From NCBI GenBank assembly GCA_002633005.1, contig NMRA01000030.1:1169957-1233956 (forward strand): a stretch of DNA of 64,000 bases. Reading direction: 5' to 3'. Below the pieces are notes generated by a model. That model did not search any database and was not told the origin of the DNA. It saw only the letters and a program-made list of their open reading frames with translations. The translations under genes and the position numbers were made by a program. The stretch is from Phoronis australis (lineage: Eukaryota > Animalia > Phoronida). Each line of letters opens with the position of its first letter. The first letter of the stretch is position 1. Of the stretch, positions 41,901 to 50,600 are shown piece by piece.

Positions 41901-42484
41901 TATCATAGGACCCTGCTGCGAAATGTTGGCTATTCTTATTGAAAACTTGAATCTCACACAATGCTGTAAAAATGGTCAAGCTGACGTTTTGCCTCATTTT
42001 TGCATCATGGAGTTTGTTATATTTGCCTTTTTTAAGTTTTTCTGAACTGCATTAACTGTATTCGACCTTCCACTGCCAGTCACAATTTTCTGGTGTGCTA
42101 TGGGCTGCTACAGCATTAAATTGAGTAAACTCGCAGTATCCATGAATGTGATATATTGCGAGACTCCTAGAATCAGCCTCACATTTCTAAAACGAGTTCT
42201 GTGTAACAACACATTTTCCTACCTCCAAGACAAGGGAGATCACCATCCGGGGCCTTCAAATTATAAGACTGTTTGTAGTCCTTATTAACAATCTTGTATG
42301 GCAACTATTGGGAAGTATGAAATATAATATCAATTGTTTGGTTTTCTAGAAGAAGAAAATCGAAAGCGACTCTGATTCAGACGTGGCTGTTACCTCACCT
42401 GTGGAGAAGAGGTCGATGCCTGGGAGGTCACGACCTGCTGCCAAATATACTTATGATGATTCGGACAGCGACTTTGACTTTTAA
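734..42484 (+). CDS. TOP2: DNA topoisomerase II, 3' portion (21 exons; 5' exons lie upstream of the window)
   Basis: Exons 734-839, 3400-3509, 6147-6239, 7953-8067, 8862-8983, 9898-10046, 10732-10963, 11437-11636, 12222-12357, 12709-12904, 14536-14630, 15906-16145, 16273-16464, 19751-19877, 26293-26487, 31485-31635, 33197-33276, 33742-33996, 40048-40131, 41503-41609, 42350-42484 join in frame via GT-AG introns. Motifs [49 protein letters not shown]. Confidence 0.97.
1472..1710. repeat. 39-bp minisatellite, ~6 copies
   Basis: Unit tgttgctcatcaacgtgtttaggtgatagtggagccaaa. Confidence 0.95.
3400..3509 (+). CDS. TOP2: TOP2 exon ([14 protein letters not shown]...PEDDSSIVL)
   Basis: cag acceptor, gtgagt donor; completes YYKGLGTS. 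Confidence 0.95.
3446..3600 (+). repeat. ~71-bp tandem duplication of the exon end and donor site (third copy at 5654-5715)
   Basis: ctccatagtactggtcagtac copies ttccatagtactg|gtgagtac. Confidence 0.85.
3603..5653. mobile_element. Non-autonomous DNA transposon with TA TSD (Tc1/mariner-type insertion)
   Basis: TIR cagcaaacatcacgaatt / aattcgtgatgtgtgctg; TA on both sides; empty site visible in the neighbouring repeat unit. Confidence 0.85.
4814..4986 (+). mobile_element. Truncated copy of the 6868-7352 MITE, nested in 3603-5653
   Basis: cagagcttggaattttccgcgg...cacctcgaaaagcggaagttgctctttatg shared with the full copies. Confidence 0.8.
6147..6239 (+). CDS. TOP2: TOP2 exon ([14 protein letters not shown]...GLPE)
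   Basis: ttgcag acceptor, gtagga donor. Confidence 0.95.
6225..7530 (+). repeat. 25-bp minisatellite (~30 copies) derived from the exon/intron junction, interrupted by a MITE
   Basis: Unit gggaatgggtctgtctgag|gtaaga versus real junction aatgggtcttcctgag|gtagga. Confidence 0.93.
6868..7352 (+). mobile_element. hAT-like MITE with 6-bp TSD (taagag)
   Basis: TIR caaggcttggaat / attccaagccctg; second copy at 37094-37589. Confidence 0.88.
7953..8067 (+). CDS. TOP2: TOP2 exon (IYVYG...[20 protein letters not shown])
   Basis: tttcag acceptor, gtgagt donor. Confidence 0.95.
8030..8252 (+). repeat. 58-bp tandem repeat x4; first unit is the exon end and donor
   Basis: Units start at 8030, 8088, 8146 and 8204. 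Confidence 0.95.
8862..8983 (+). CDS. TOP2: TOP2 exon (LKPGQRKV...AYHHGE)
   Basis: ttctag acceptor, gtatgt donor. Confidence 0.96.
9126..9690. mobile_element. PIF/Harbinger-type MITE
   Basis: TIR gggctgttccagtaaaatctg / cagaatttgctggaacagccc; TAA TSD. Confidence 0.85.
9898..10046 (+). CDS. TOP2: TOP2 exon with catalytic tyrosine ([21 protein letters not shown])
   Basis: Tyr codon TAC at 10027-10029; cag acceptor, gtaggt donor. Confidence 0.97.
10132..10673. mobile_element. Internally deleted relative of the 1-615 element
   Basis: 10491-10515 matches 1-27 and 10518-10673 matches 460-615; the THAP segment is absent. Confidence 0.7.
10732..10963 (+). CDS. TOP2: TOP2 exon ([31 protein letters not shown])
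   Basis: ttgcag acceptor, gtttgt donor. Confidence 0.96.
11437..11636 (+). CDS. TOP2: TOP2 exon (QPSYKNFKG...[14 protein letters not shown]...PAVIT)
   Basis: ttctag acceptor, gtatgt donor. Confidence 0.95.
12222..12357 (+). CDS. TOP2: TOP2 exon ([13 protein letters not shown]...[10 protein letters not shown])
   Basis: tgtag acceptor, gtgagt donor. Confidence 0.95.
12328..12445 (+). repeat. Duplication of the exon end and donor, offset 77 bp
   Basis: ctgcaatcatccatgagcacatcaagtatggtgaat versus ctgcagtcatccatgagcacatctagtatg|gtgagt. Confidence 0.9.
12709..12904 (+). CDS. TOP2: TOP2 exon (VLFDHMG...[16 protein letters not shown])
   Basis: tctcag acceptor, gtgagt donor. Confidence 0.95.
12995..13365 (+). 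mobile_element. Helentron/DINE-like (HINE) element, 5' fragment
   Basis: 5' hairpin gcgcccacat-atttat-atgtggacgc, (GTCC)n-like tract, core units with cctagtggc; same family as 36181-37979. Confidence 0.7.
14232..14467 (+). repeat. Interspersed repeat end shared with 59115-59350
   Basis: High-identity ~235-bp match. Confidence 0.85.
14536..14630 (+). CDS. TOP2: TOP2 exon (ENMPKK...[18 protein letters not shown])
   Basis: ttgtag acceptor, gtattg donor. Confidence 0.93.
14631..14816 (+). repeat. 62-bp tandem repeat x3 starting exactly at intron base +1
   Basis: gtattgatgttcat... at 14631, 14693 and 14755. Confidence 0.95.
14927..15715. mobile_element. Tc1/mariner (pogo/Tc2-like) MITE
   Basis: TIR ccgtatttgccgtaataaccgccc / gggcggttattagggcgaataccg; inverted relative at 34373-35634. 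Confidence 0.8.
15906..16145 (+). CDS. TOP2: TOP2 exon ([15 protein letters not shown]...[10 protein letters not shown])
   Basis: tttcag acceptor, gtaaag donor. Confidence 0.94.
16273..16464 (+). CDS. TOP2: TOP2 exon (VVEAQERE...[14 protein letters not shown])
   Basis: cttcag acceptor, gtgagc donor. Confidence 0.92.
16522..18201. mobile_element. Foldback-like MITE with inverted arrays of short subterminal repeats, carrying a LINE fragment
   Basis: Ends tatggtatgccaaagtagaaaa / ttttcccgctttggccttccata; aaatttatcgcgccaggac-type repeats on the left, their complements on the right. Confidence 0.55.
17077..17775 (-). mobile_element. 5'-truncated non-LTR retrotransposon fragment encoding an RNase HI domain
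   Basis: [37 protein letters not shown]: all four catalytic acidic residues in one frame. Confidence 0.85.
18650..19710 (+). mobile_element. Old degenerate HINE-like repeat
   Basis: Repeated gtgccc(t)ctagt / gaaatttgg core motifs and a terminal ggtgggcatc; boundaries approximate. Confidence 0.45.
19751..19877 (+). CDS. TOP2: TOP2 C-terminal domain exon ([12 protein letters not shown]...QSLADRL)
   Basis: ctttag acceptor, gttagt donor; phase fits both neighbours. Confidence 0.85.
19949..20077. repeat. 41-bp minisatellite, left part (3 copies)
   Basis: Unit cattaagggtgtgtttggatgggcagtatgtggtgtgcagc. Confidence 0.95.
20078..25064 (-). mobile_element. Kolobok-like element with TTAA TSD and a THAP remnant
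   Basis: ttaa|agacatagtttcgcacc ... ggcgtgaactaatctct|ttaa; removal restores the 41-bp unit; minus strand from 24764 reads [31 protein letters not shown]. Confidence 0.85.
20590..23014. mobile_element. Tc1/mariner-type non-autonomous element nested in the Kolobok-like element
   Basis: Perfect 24-bp TIR ccgtaatcgttcgggttaacgccc, TA TSD, many ttaaccgccc subterminal repeats. Confidence 0.92.
25065..25390. repeat. 41-bp minisatellite, right part (~8 copies)
   Basis: Same unit as 19949-20077. Confidence 0.95.
25490..25700 (-). mobile_element. Second RNase H LINE fragment (degenerate)
   Basis: [27 protein letters not shown] resembles the 17077-17775 frame. Confidence 0.7.
26293..26487 (+). CDS. 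TOP2: TOP2 C-terminal domain exon (RQTKLDF...NPWDSESD...PRRAA)
   Basis: ccccag acceptor, gtatgt donor; NPW-acidic and PRRAA motifs as in animal TOP2 tails. Confidence 0.9.
26950..28735. mobile_element. Kolobok-like non-autonomous element with TTAA TSD
   Basis: ttaa|ggtaggtggatacac ... gtgtgtgcacctacc|ttaa. Confidence 0.8.
29881..29931. repeat. (TAA)17 microsatellite
   Basis: Perfect run. Confidence 0.98.
30920..31257. repeat. 38-bp minisatellite, ~9 copies
   Basis: Unit caccattaattagcatatcatgtcgcctgggtgcaagt. Confidence 0.95.
31485..31635 (+). CDS. TOP2: TOP2 C-terminal domain exon ([13 protein letters not shown]...)
   Basis: tttcag acceptor, gtgagc donor; phase 1 to 2. Confidence 0.85.
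31881..32140. repeat. 65-bp tandem repeat x4
   Basis: Unit gtgttaacc(a/g)agg.ttcactcgttgattcaatatgact.tgacactactgtgctgtggcatgcca. Confidence 0.95.
32197..32598. mobile_element. TA-flanked MITE
   Basis: ccaggatttccgtagataagccc / gggcttatcaacggaaaaccccag, TA on both sides. Confidence 0.7.
33197..33276 (+). CDS. TOP2: TOP2 C-terminal domain exon ([16 protein letters not shown]...)
   Basis: ccgcag acceptor, gtgatt donor; required to convert phase 2 to phase 1. Confidence 0.8.
33742..33996 (+). CDS. TOP2: TOP2 C-terminal domain exon, Lys/Ser-rich with a (GGT)n poly-Gly run
   Basis: taacag acceptor, gtatgt donor; open 255 nt. Confidence 0.85.
33991..34066 (+). repeat. ~26-28 bp tandem x3 spanning the exon/intron junction
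   Basis: agaagg|gtatgttatagtgaggtgttat, agaaggttgttattgtgaggtgtttt, agaagggtgttgcagtgaagtg. Confidence 0.75.
34373..35634. mobile_element. Tc1/mariner-type MITE, inverted relative of 14927-15715
   Basis: TA|ccatatttgccgtaataactgccc ... gggcggttattacagcgaatacag|TA; both ends homologous. Confidence 0.82.
36181..37979 (+). mobile_element. Helentron/DINE-like (HINE) element, near full length
   Basis: T-run start, gcgcccacat 5' motif, (GTCC)n tract, tandem core units with cctagtggc, 3' gtgagcgcat..gttcttgtt. Confidence 0.72.
37094..37589 (+). mobile_element. hAT-like MITE with 6-bp TSD (ctccta), nested in the HINE
   Basis: Same family and TIRs as 6868-7352. Confidence 0.88.
40048..40131 (+). 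CDS. TOP2: Probable TOP2 exon ([17 protein letters not shown]...), symmetric phase 1-1
   Basis: Long polypyrimidine tract plus cag, gtgaaa donor, 84 nt open; frame is also kept if it is skipped. Confidence 0.65.
41503..41609 (+). CDS. TOP2: TOP2 penultimate exon ([16 protein letters not shown]...)
   Basis: cctag acceptor, gtaaca donor. Confidence 0.85.
42350..42484 (+). CDS. TOP2: TOP2 last coding exon (...[19 protein letters not shown])
   Basis: ttctag acceptor; basic-KY-acidic-F terminus typical of animal TOP2; TAA at 42482-42484. Confidence 0.88.
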   Translation, partial: KKKIESDSDSDVAVTSPVEKRSMPGRSRPAAKYTYDDSDSDFDF

Positions 42485-42820
42485 GTTGAATACCAGTGTG
42501 TGCTCTGTACAAGTAATTTCTGTGAACTATTAAATTAGTTTTTTTAGTAATGTGAAGTGAGTACTTGTGACCTTGACTGTGATCGTACATTGACGAGTCT
42601 AACATTAAATAGAGCTCTCCAGGCAGTGGTGCCACCTGTTATGTACACTATAACCACAGTTTAGCTTATCTTATGGATTTTAAAGTACAATACTACTCCT
42701 CACAGGCAACTGTATGTTTATGTGTAATGTATTAACTATTTTTTTAATGTTTGTGTGGTTCAGTTGTTTCGTGATTTTATGGAAATTTTACATGTATTGA
42801 TAACTGAAATAGTGATTTTA

Positions 42821-42826
42821 AATAAA
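42821..42826 (+). promoter_or_regulatory. Candidate TOP2 polyadenylation signal AATAAA
   Basis: First AATAAA about 340 nt after the stop codon; position only. Confidence 0.4.
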
Positions 42827-43499
42827 TGTAGTTTTATCCTGACCAAATATCTTCCACAGACATTAAGTAGCATTACACCTCATATCCTAACCAAATATCT
42901 TCAACAGACATTACACTTTCGGCTCTTTTATCAAGGTAACCCCAGTTGTAGCAAAGACTACCTTGATGCCTAACTGACCGTAATATTGGGATTTATTATA
43001 ACTTTCGCCTGTTACCATGCTTAGCATGTGTCCACGCTTACGTACATGTCCATGTAGATTGGCCCATGGTGTCCATACCTGGTACTTGTGGTGTTAGGAA
43101 TTGATGTCTTCCCCCATGTAACAAGCAGGCCAAGCATCACAGGCTATTTCAGTTAGAAGTACAAGTTGTGTTTTGATTTTAATCAACTGTTTTGCTTGCT
43201 GGCACATTCCCTCCAGGTTTGGATAGAAATTGTTACATTAAACAACTTTATAAACCACTTTATGTAATAACATGGGGACTCACAAAATGTCCAATTTGGC
43301 TAATTTCAGAAGTCATGTCTGAGAAATGGCTGGTTAGTCACGAAAATTTCAGGTACTTTGTTCAGGCTGTAATTTGGGTGCAAGTTTTCGGTTACACAGA
43401 CTTGGTTAAACGTAGGACACTTTTCATTGTTCACAGTCTTTATTCCGTTACGTTCGTACCTTCGGAACAAAAGTACTCTCAACTGAACACAGATAACAT

Positions 43500-44070
43500 A
43501 AGACGGCTGACGATGATTTTTCGACGACTGTGGCGCTTCCTTGTGGCAGTTTTGTTTTTTGCGCCTATGGCTCTATCCCCTAAACCGTTCGCAGGATCTT
43601 TACTAAATTTAGTAAGTGTATTACTATTTATATGATGTTAACAACCGAGGACGACGACTTTCAGACGGATCTGACTACTGGTGTGCCACCTAGTGGCAAT
43701 TTTATTTTTTTACGTTTACCTCTGTATGTTCAAATTTCCTGAACGTATTTTCATAAAATTTGGCATACAGGCATCTGTTAATGAGGTGACACTATCTCTC
43801 CGTTTTCAGATGGATTCGACCTAGTTTGCGCCACCTAGTAGCCATTTTTACTGTTTTCGAGTCGGTTTTTTGCGTCCTCTCGTCTATCAACAAAGCGGCT
43901 TTCAGGATAATTGTGAAAATTTGCATGTATGTTTTTGCTATGAAGTGGACGGTTGACTACGATTTTCCAACGAGTTCGACTATTGTGGCTCCTCCTAGTG
44001 GCAGTTTTGTTGTTTTTGCGCTTATGGCTGTATTTATTAAAACGTTTGCAGGATCTTTACTTAATTTAGC
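43500..44070 (+). mobile_element. HINE core-repeat fragment
   Basis: Matches 36340-36770. Confidence 0.75.
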
Positions 44071-44072
44071 CT

Positions 44073-46823
44073 CAGTGGCGGATCTACGTTTTCAGTAAGG
44101 GGGGGGGTTTAGGATTCCCGCAAAGGTCGAATCCGAGGCACGTGGCGCCTAGAGGGGGGAGGTCGGGAGGGGGGTTTCCCCCTCCGTGTAAGACTATTTT
44201 TTTGTTTTTGTAGCCAAATAGTGAAATTTCCATGCATCCTGGTAAGTTTCTGGCACTTAACATGTCTCTTGAGTTTTTCTTAAGATAATTTAAAACCCTT
44301 CTCGATTTCGTCGCATGAACGTGGCTCACAAGTTTCGTGAAATCATATTTGTGCACATCTGGGTATGAGTCACGCCACCAGCAAAAATGTTTGTTGGAAC
44401 ATCTGCTTATACACACCTTTTTAGCATACGAAAAGTCATATATGAAAAAGTGTGGTGTGTGGGGGGTTAGACAACTACCAAATATTCAAGAGCATAAGGA
44501 GCACCCGACGGGGAGTAAAACATTGAATATCAGATGATCGCGTAACAGCAGCCTCAAGTTGTTTAAGAACGAAGACCTGTACTGTTAGCCTGGAAATAAA
44601 CATGTGTTCTGTCTAGTTATGAGAAAAACTGGCAAACGATGGTGCTCTCAGCTCATAGTATATTATTAAAAGCGACAATAAACAATTAAGTATCACTTTA
44701 TTAAGCTGAATCACGTTGACCACAATTGAAAAACGTCAAATGTATCTGGAAACGAATCAGCTGAAAACAGTTTCACGAAACCAAAACATTCTGTACATCG
44801 TGGTGAAAATATAAACAGGACCAGTTCGCAGAGGGACCAGATGTACACTGAGAGTACACAAAAAGGCCTGGTCCGTCACGAGACCAAAAGTACACCTGTG
44901 CTTATCCCTATAAAAATAGTTGATCTGTCGCGGGACCAAACAGTACTGGCTGAGATAGATAGTTTTACAAAGCACACTTTGGTAAAAAAAAACATCACAA
45001 GACTAGTTTGCCGAGGAACCAGAAGTACATTGAAACTCACTATCTACACAAATCAAGCTGGCCTGGTCCCTCGCGAGACCTAAAGTGTATTATGCAAAAA
45101 ATTTGAATTGAAAACTTCTCTCTAGACACTTTTTAATGCCCAGTGGTTGCTCATACGTGTACTTTATACACTCTGGTCGTCAACTGCTGCGAGAGGTTGT
45201 CTAGGAAGGGTTTTCGCACCGTTCTGTAGTACTCACTGGAAGAAACAAGTACTGAGAACAAATTTAACTACGCACTACGTGAAATCAATTTTGGATATGA
45301 AGAAGATAGAGCCAAGTGGAAATACAAACCAGAATCAGTTTTTGTGCGCTCGTAGACCCTCTGCTGTATTGGGTAAATTTGGCATGACCAAAAATAATTT
45401 CTATTTCGTTTTCATTGTACACAAGTATAAAAACCGACATTATGTACAAACTGTGTAGAATCATAACTTATTACGTAGGTATTTCTCCAGGAACGTTAGT
45501 CCTATCCTGCTGTTGTCTGGACTGCCGAGGAATCTGTATATCGGATCCAATGGTTTGCTGCTCTTGGAACCATTCTACCCAGACATCTTCGACGTTTGTT
45601 CCCAACGCTTGCACTTCGTCAACTGCTGTGTCAATGAGCTTGTACGCCTCTACAATGTCAGCATCTCGTTTCGCAGCTCAGTTGGCACTAAGCCCCCTGA
45701 GGTTACCAAGTCCATTCAAAAGACTTACAGCATGCGCAACTAAATTTGATCCGTTCATCATGGACTACTTCAAACCTTGACGATGTATCCCAGGACCCAT
45801 TTGCATCTCTTGCAATTTTCGAAATAAACGTCCCAGTGTCTGAACGCTTGAAACCCGAAGTACAAACATCAAATAAATGCCCATGAGCATGGGCGTTTCG
45901 TCGGTTGGGCCTTTCTGCGGAAATTCCCAGTATAGAAAACGGCAGTGGTGCTTATTGCAGGTAGAAAGACGGTAGGTGTTGAGGTCGGCACTAGGGCTCC
46001 TTAGGAGGCCCATTGAACATCGCACGAGTCCCGCAAGACTTTGTTGTGAAAATACAGGCTCCCCGCAATTTCTGGTACTGTAAACTGTTCGCGAATGCGG
46101 TCACTTTGTCAATGTGAGTGCCCCCTTGGTCATTCCTTGTATAGACAAAACTTGTTAGAGTGCATCTTCAAACAGACTCGCGACCAGACCACGGCGCCCG
46201 CCACAATAGCAATTCTTCGGAAAACAAGTTTTTTTCAAAAGTATTACATGTACATGTACACCGTATGATATTGCGCAAGACAACTTTACTGTACACCACT
46301 CAAATTCGAGTTTCAAACGTGTGGGGTGTAATACGATGACACGGCATGACAGATGAGGTAAAAACGTTGCACGTCAATTCGCCTGAATATCAGGGTTGGG
46401 GCACCACAGTATTTCCCTAATCAAATCAAAACATATCTTAGAGTAAAGAAGCTAGTTATCTAAAGAAATCAGCTATAGAGCTGCTCTTTCAGCGGTGGAT
46501 CCATCTAAAATGCTTGGCTACTTCAGAAGTGTCGTCGGAAGCGCGCGCACAATTGATCTCCGGGGTTTTGTCGATGAGCCACGAAGACTCGAAACGCGTT
46601 GATTTTCATAACAGCAATTCACAATGCAAAAAATATATTTTCAGAGTGAACCCCCCCCCCTCATTTTTTCCAGGTTGGTTTACTTGGGGTTTACACACGC
46701 TGGCGGTGCCGGCGTTTTTGTTTTGCTGGAGACGTTTTTGTTGTTTTTTTTTAATTTTTGGGTCCTGGCCCGAGGGGGGGGGTTTAAACCCCTTGAACCC
46801 CCCCTCCCGTAGATCCGCCACTG
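44073..46823 (-). mobile_element. hAT element (Tip100/PRKRIR-like) with a transposase remnant
   Basis: 16-bp TIR cagtggcggatctacg; minus strand ~45735-45472 reads LRGLSAN*AAKRDADIVEAYKLI..WF..IPRQSRQQQDRTNVPGEIP; no TSD. Confidence 0.75.
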
Positions 46824-47544
46824 CCGGAATAGCAAACAATTCGACTATGTTCGCGTAAGGCTACTGCTAACAGAAACTCGATGAAAAAGAACTAGACAAC
46901 TAATCTTGCTAACACAACCAGCAATGTATGTATTATATTTCAAACCCTTGATTTCCCCATTGATCACCCTTTAATGGGTGCTTAAACCTATACTTTTCGT
47001 CATAAATTTTCCTTCACCATATGGCGACCGGGACCAGACGTTGGGGAGATAGATCCCAATTTTGTGTGAAAGCCGGGGCCTGGTGTGTCAAAAATCATAG
47101 CGACAAGGATACATCCGAAGTCAAAGCATGTAAATTACAATGTAACTGAAAACCTTCAGTTCAATAACGAAGACCCACCCGCATCAGTGACGTCTAATGG
47201 GTTACATGAAGAGGATTTCTAATCACAGGAACATTTGCATTAGAAAATATGACAATTGCACACCGATTGCGTGTATTAGCCTTCATGATTTGTTTATTTA
47301 GATATGCAGGCTCCCTGTAACGACAAGAAAACATTTCCGGAAACGTTTCTCAAGCTTGTTGCTGTTAATGGTCTGTTGATCGTTTCCACCCTGTACGTGC
47401 ATCTAAGTAGTCCGGGACTTGTCCTCCCAGTTTTCCGATGAAGTCTTATAAGGCACGACGCGTCTATTGCCGTTACAAACGGAGGCGTGGAGATGCTAGA
47501 GTGGCGGCACCGTAGTTTAAGTTAAGGTCAGCGCAATCTGCACA

Positions 47545-47673
47545 TCACGTGCTTCTAGCAAAGCTTAGGTTAAGGTTCTCACAAGTATCTTCAATGGTGT
47601 CGCCGACGGAATTTGGCCCAAAATAAAATATCTTTACGCCGTCGCAGGCGCCACGTAACATCATGTTTATCAC
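47545..47673 (-). CDS. NOX5-like last exon (VINMMLRGACDGVKIFYFGPNSVGDTIEDTCENLNLSFARST*)
   Basis: cttacag acceptor; 42 aa plus TGA, aligns without gaps to the last ~43 aa of NOX5. Confidence 0.75.
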   Translation of the reverse strand: MINMMLRGACDGVKIFYFGPNSVGDTIEDTCENLNLSFARST

Positions 47674-50600
47674 CTGTAAGAATATGGCTGTACTGTCTGT
47701 CAAGTAAACTTTTCAAGGACACTGGCCAAATAGATATTGAACCGTTCTAAAAGATGACCAGTTTGACCGTTAATTGACTTATAGACGACTTTGGTTTTAC
47801 TTGTATGCAAACCATCTTTGAAAGTACTAAGACGACAAATACTGCTGAAACTAAATGAGGATTTTCTTGTTCGGATGGATCCCATTTTTTGCAGTATGGA
47901 TAATTTAATTACACTTGTATCATTAATTAAAGTTACCTCGGAAAAATCCGAAGAAAATTTCAACTGCACAGATTTTCAAAAAGTCTCGCAACTTAACAAC
48001 CTTCAGTTAACTCACATGTAACTTCCCAGCATGTCAAGGTTATTCTATTCTAGTATGTATTCTGCAAAGGTTAGTTGATTTTTTATTGACTGGCACGTTT
48101 ATGTAGTCGCCAAAATCGACTGTTTTGTAGACGATATTTTGACAGTTAGAAGCAAATCTTGTAAGAAATAGACGTTGTTTAAATTGAGTTAGAGACAGGC
48201 TAAACTTTCAATCAAATTTAGTCACCGGCCTCAAAACTGCGAAGTGCACCAGATTATTTTTGGTAACCTGATGTTTTGGGGAATTTTGATTATGGCTGAT
48301 GACATTTTGTCAGCTCTGTATCATTTACCTTTTCGGAAACAGCCACCACAAACACATATACCCCGTATTCCAATAATTAAAGGAGCAAGCCACCCAAAAA
48401 AAACCTACTTTGTATCAATTTAGATCGAGTAGTTCTACTCGATAACGGCACGTTCGGTTGCGTTACCTGACACCTGACGGCAGACGGATATGTTGAAATT
48501 ATCCAATGACAGGCGTCATTGGTTTCACACGCAGTCTGTTCAGCAGTTGACAACACGGGTTACTGGTGCCAGCTTATCTCTTGAATTCATCGTTTAACAC
48601 CAATAAATCATCAAACTTCAATGTAAAATCCTTAAGANACGTTACCACAGAAAGCTTGCCATTGCTATAAACTGTGTGTCAGTTTGAGCCATATCCCTCA
48701 AATTGTTTATTCAATGCAACTCTTGGAAAGTAGTTCTATCCAGTCAGTTGTGGTTTTCAGTATGGGTCTGATGTGTCTGTCTGCAATTAGCCTGGTGTTT
48801 ATTGTAGTTAGATATTGTTTATGATAAGGGCCTGAAAATTCTGAGACCAGGCGAACTTTCGTCATGGCCTACAAAGTGCGGCAGGCCAATTTACCAAGGT
48901 CCGTAGCAGGAGTTTGAGGTCTGTTCGGAGATAAATTCGAAGTATTCTTCCGTGAAATACACACAGGAGAACCTAGATTTGTGTTGTTTAGACTTGTGGA
49001 TTTTTGAGCTTTCACACAAAACGCTTGTTATCCCAGCCAGTGGCTCGGAACCCGATTAGGCCCGTCGCGGCGGGACAGACTCGTTATCCCGGCCAGTGGC
49101 TCGGACGGAACATTATCAGGCCCGTCGCGGCCGGACTGAAGACATCACGAACATAAACCAGCCAAAGTTGGAAACTGAACTTCCAGTCAAGAAAATACTA
49201 TACTGTAGTGAGCCAACGAAGTAATGTGCACGTGAATATCTTGGTGAATTAGCCACGAAACTGCAAATCTACTTACTCGGGGGCAGCGCCAAATTCAGGT
49301 TCCCCGTTGGCCACAGAACGGTCCGAGCAGAAGATGTACATTGACAATCATTATTTGAATAATGTACATGTAAATAAAGATTCCCCTAACATCTGGCCGT
49401 GGGATATAGAAAATCTAGTTATTGTTTCACAACAGTTTCTGTTAGCAAACACTGAATAAGCATGCGCTCACACGGCCTCGGTGCCCGGTCAATTACCTTT
49501 ATTGCATCTGAAGTCGGTAACGCAGCGGTGTTTTCATGGCTGGCTTCTCAAAACATTTGGATTCGCGAATACTCCAAGGGCATTACAATGAATGAGACAG
49601 ACTTTGTTTCAGTTTTATATATGCATTGGTTAGGGCGAGAATATTTCATTTTGAAACGCAGAACGTCAACAGAGTCCCGACTTCTAGACGAGAGTTCATC
49701 CGACGAAGACTTCGCAAGTGGATTGTTAAGTTTCACAGGCTAACAGTCCGAACCGGAATACAGTGATCATGAAGTACTAGAGAGGCGCCGTGAACATGCA
49801 CAGACACCGGAACGTATGGATATTTCTCTGGTAAGCCGGCATTCGTCAGACGATCACTGTCGCCACGACTGCCGGCCACAGACACGGAGATGTTTCACGG
49901 TCTCATACTTGCTATTAACAGCGTACTTTTCTTTCTTCACTACCGCGACCCACTTGCTAAGCATTTCGGACTCTCGAGGAAGTCGAAAAAACGATGTACT
50001 CGCAGCTGCATAGTTCAGACAAGCGAGAACGATGTACCGCAACATAGCATTCACTCTGCAAATAAACCACTGACGTCGCTGCGTCGTTTCTCACCTTCCT
50101 CACAGGTTAATGCGACATCTCTCGGCAAGATAAGGTCGATCGTATGCGAGGCAATGAAGATATTCACCGATTAAGGCGGTAAAAAGACTAATTAAATCAG
50201 GTGGCCTTCTCCTTTAAGGAATTGAAACAGTCCTAAACCTCACCCTCTCAATGTGTAACTTCAAAGCGTGTCCCGAATGAGATTTCCCAGGAAAGTGAAT
50301 CTCGATTATAAATCTTACTCTCCTAAATAGACAAAACTACCATTGACGCTTCCGAGATTATGTTTCGTTTACTCAATTCCGATCTGATGATGCTATTTCT
50401 CCCCGAGTTTGCTCGGATTTCGCAGCCCGCGGTAGGAACGTCGCACGTTACATTTGCACCCTCACATGAGTGATGATGGCATTACACCATTTGACACCCT
50501 AAAGGTCACAACACACCCTAAAAACAACGCGTTTAACGTGCGGGGTCTAAAAGGATCGTTTCTTTCTAATTTTTTTAAAATACGGGTACCCAAGTGTCTA

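Noticed and set aside
49025-49140. Two GC-rich ~55-bp direct repeats
   Set aside because: An internal duplication inside the Kolobok-like element; no evidence for an RNA gene.
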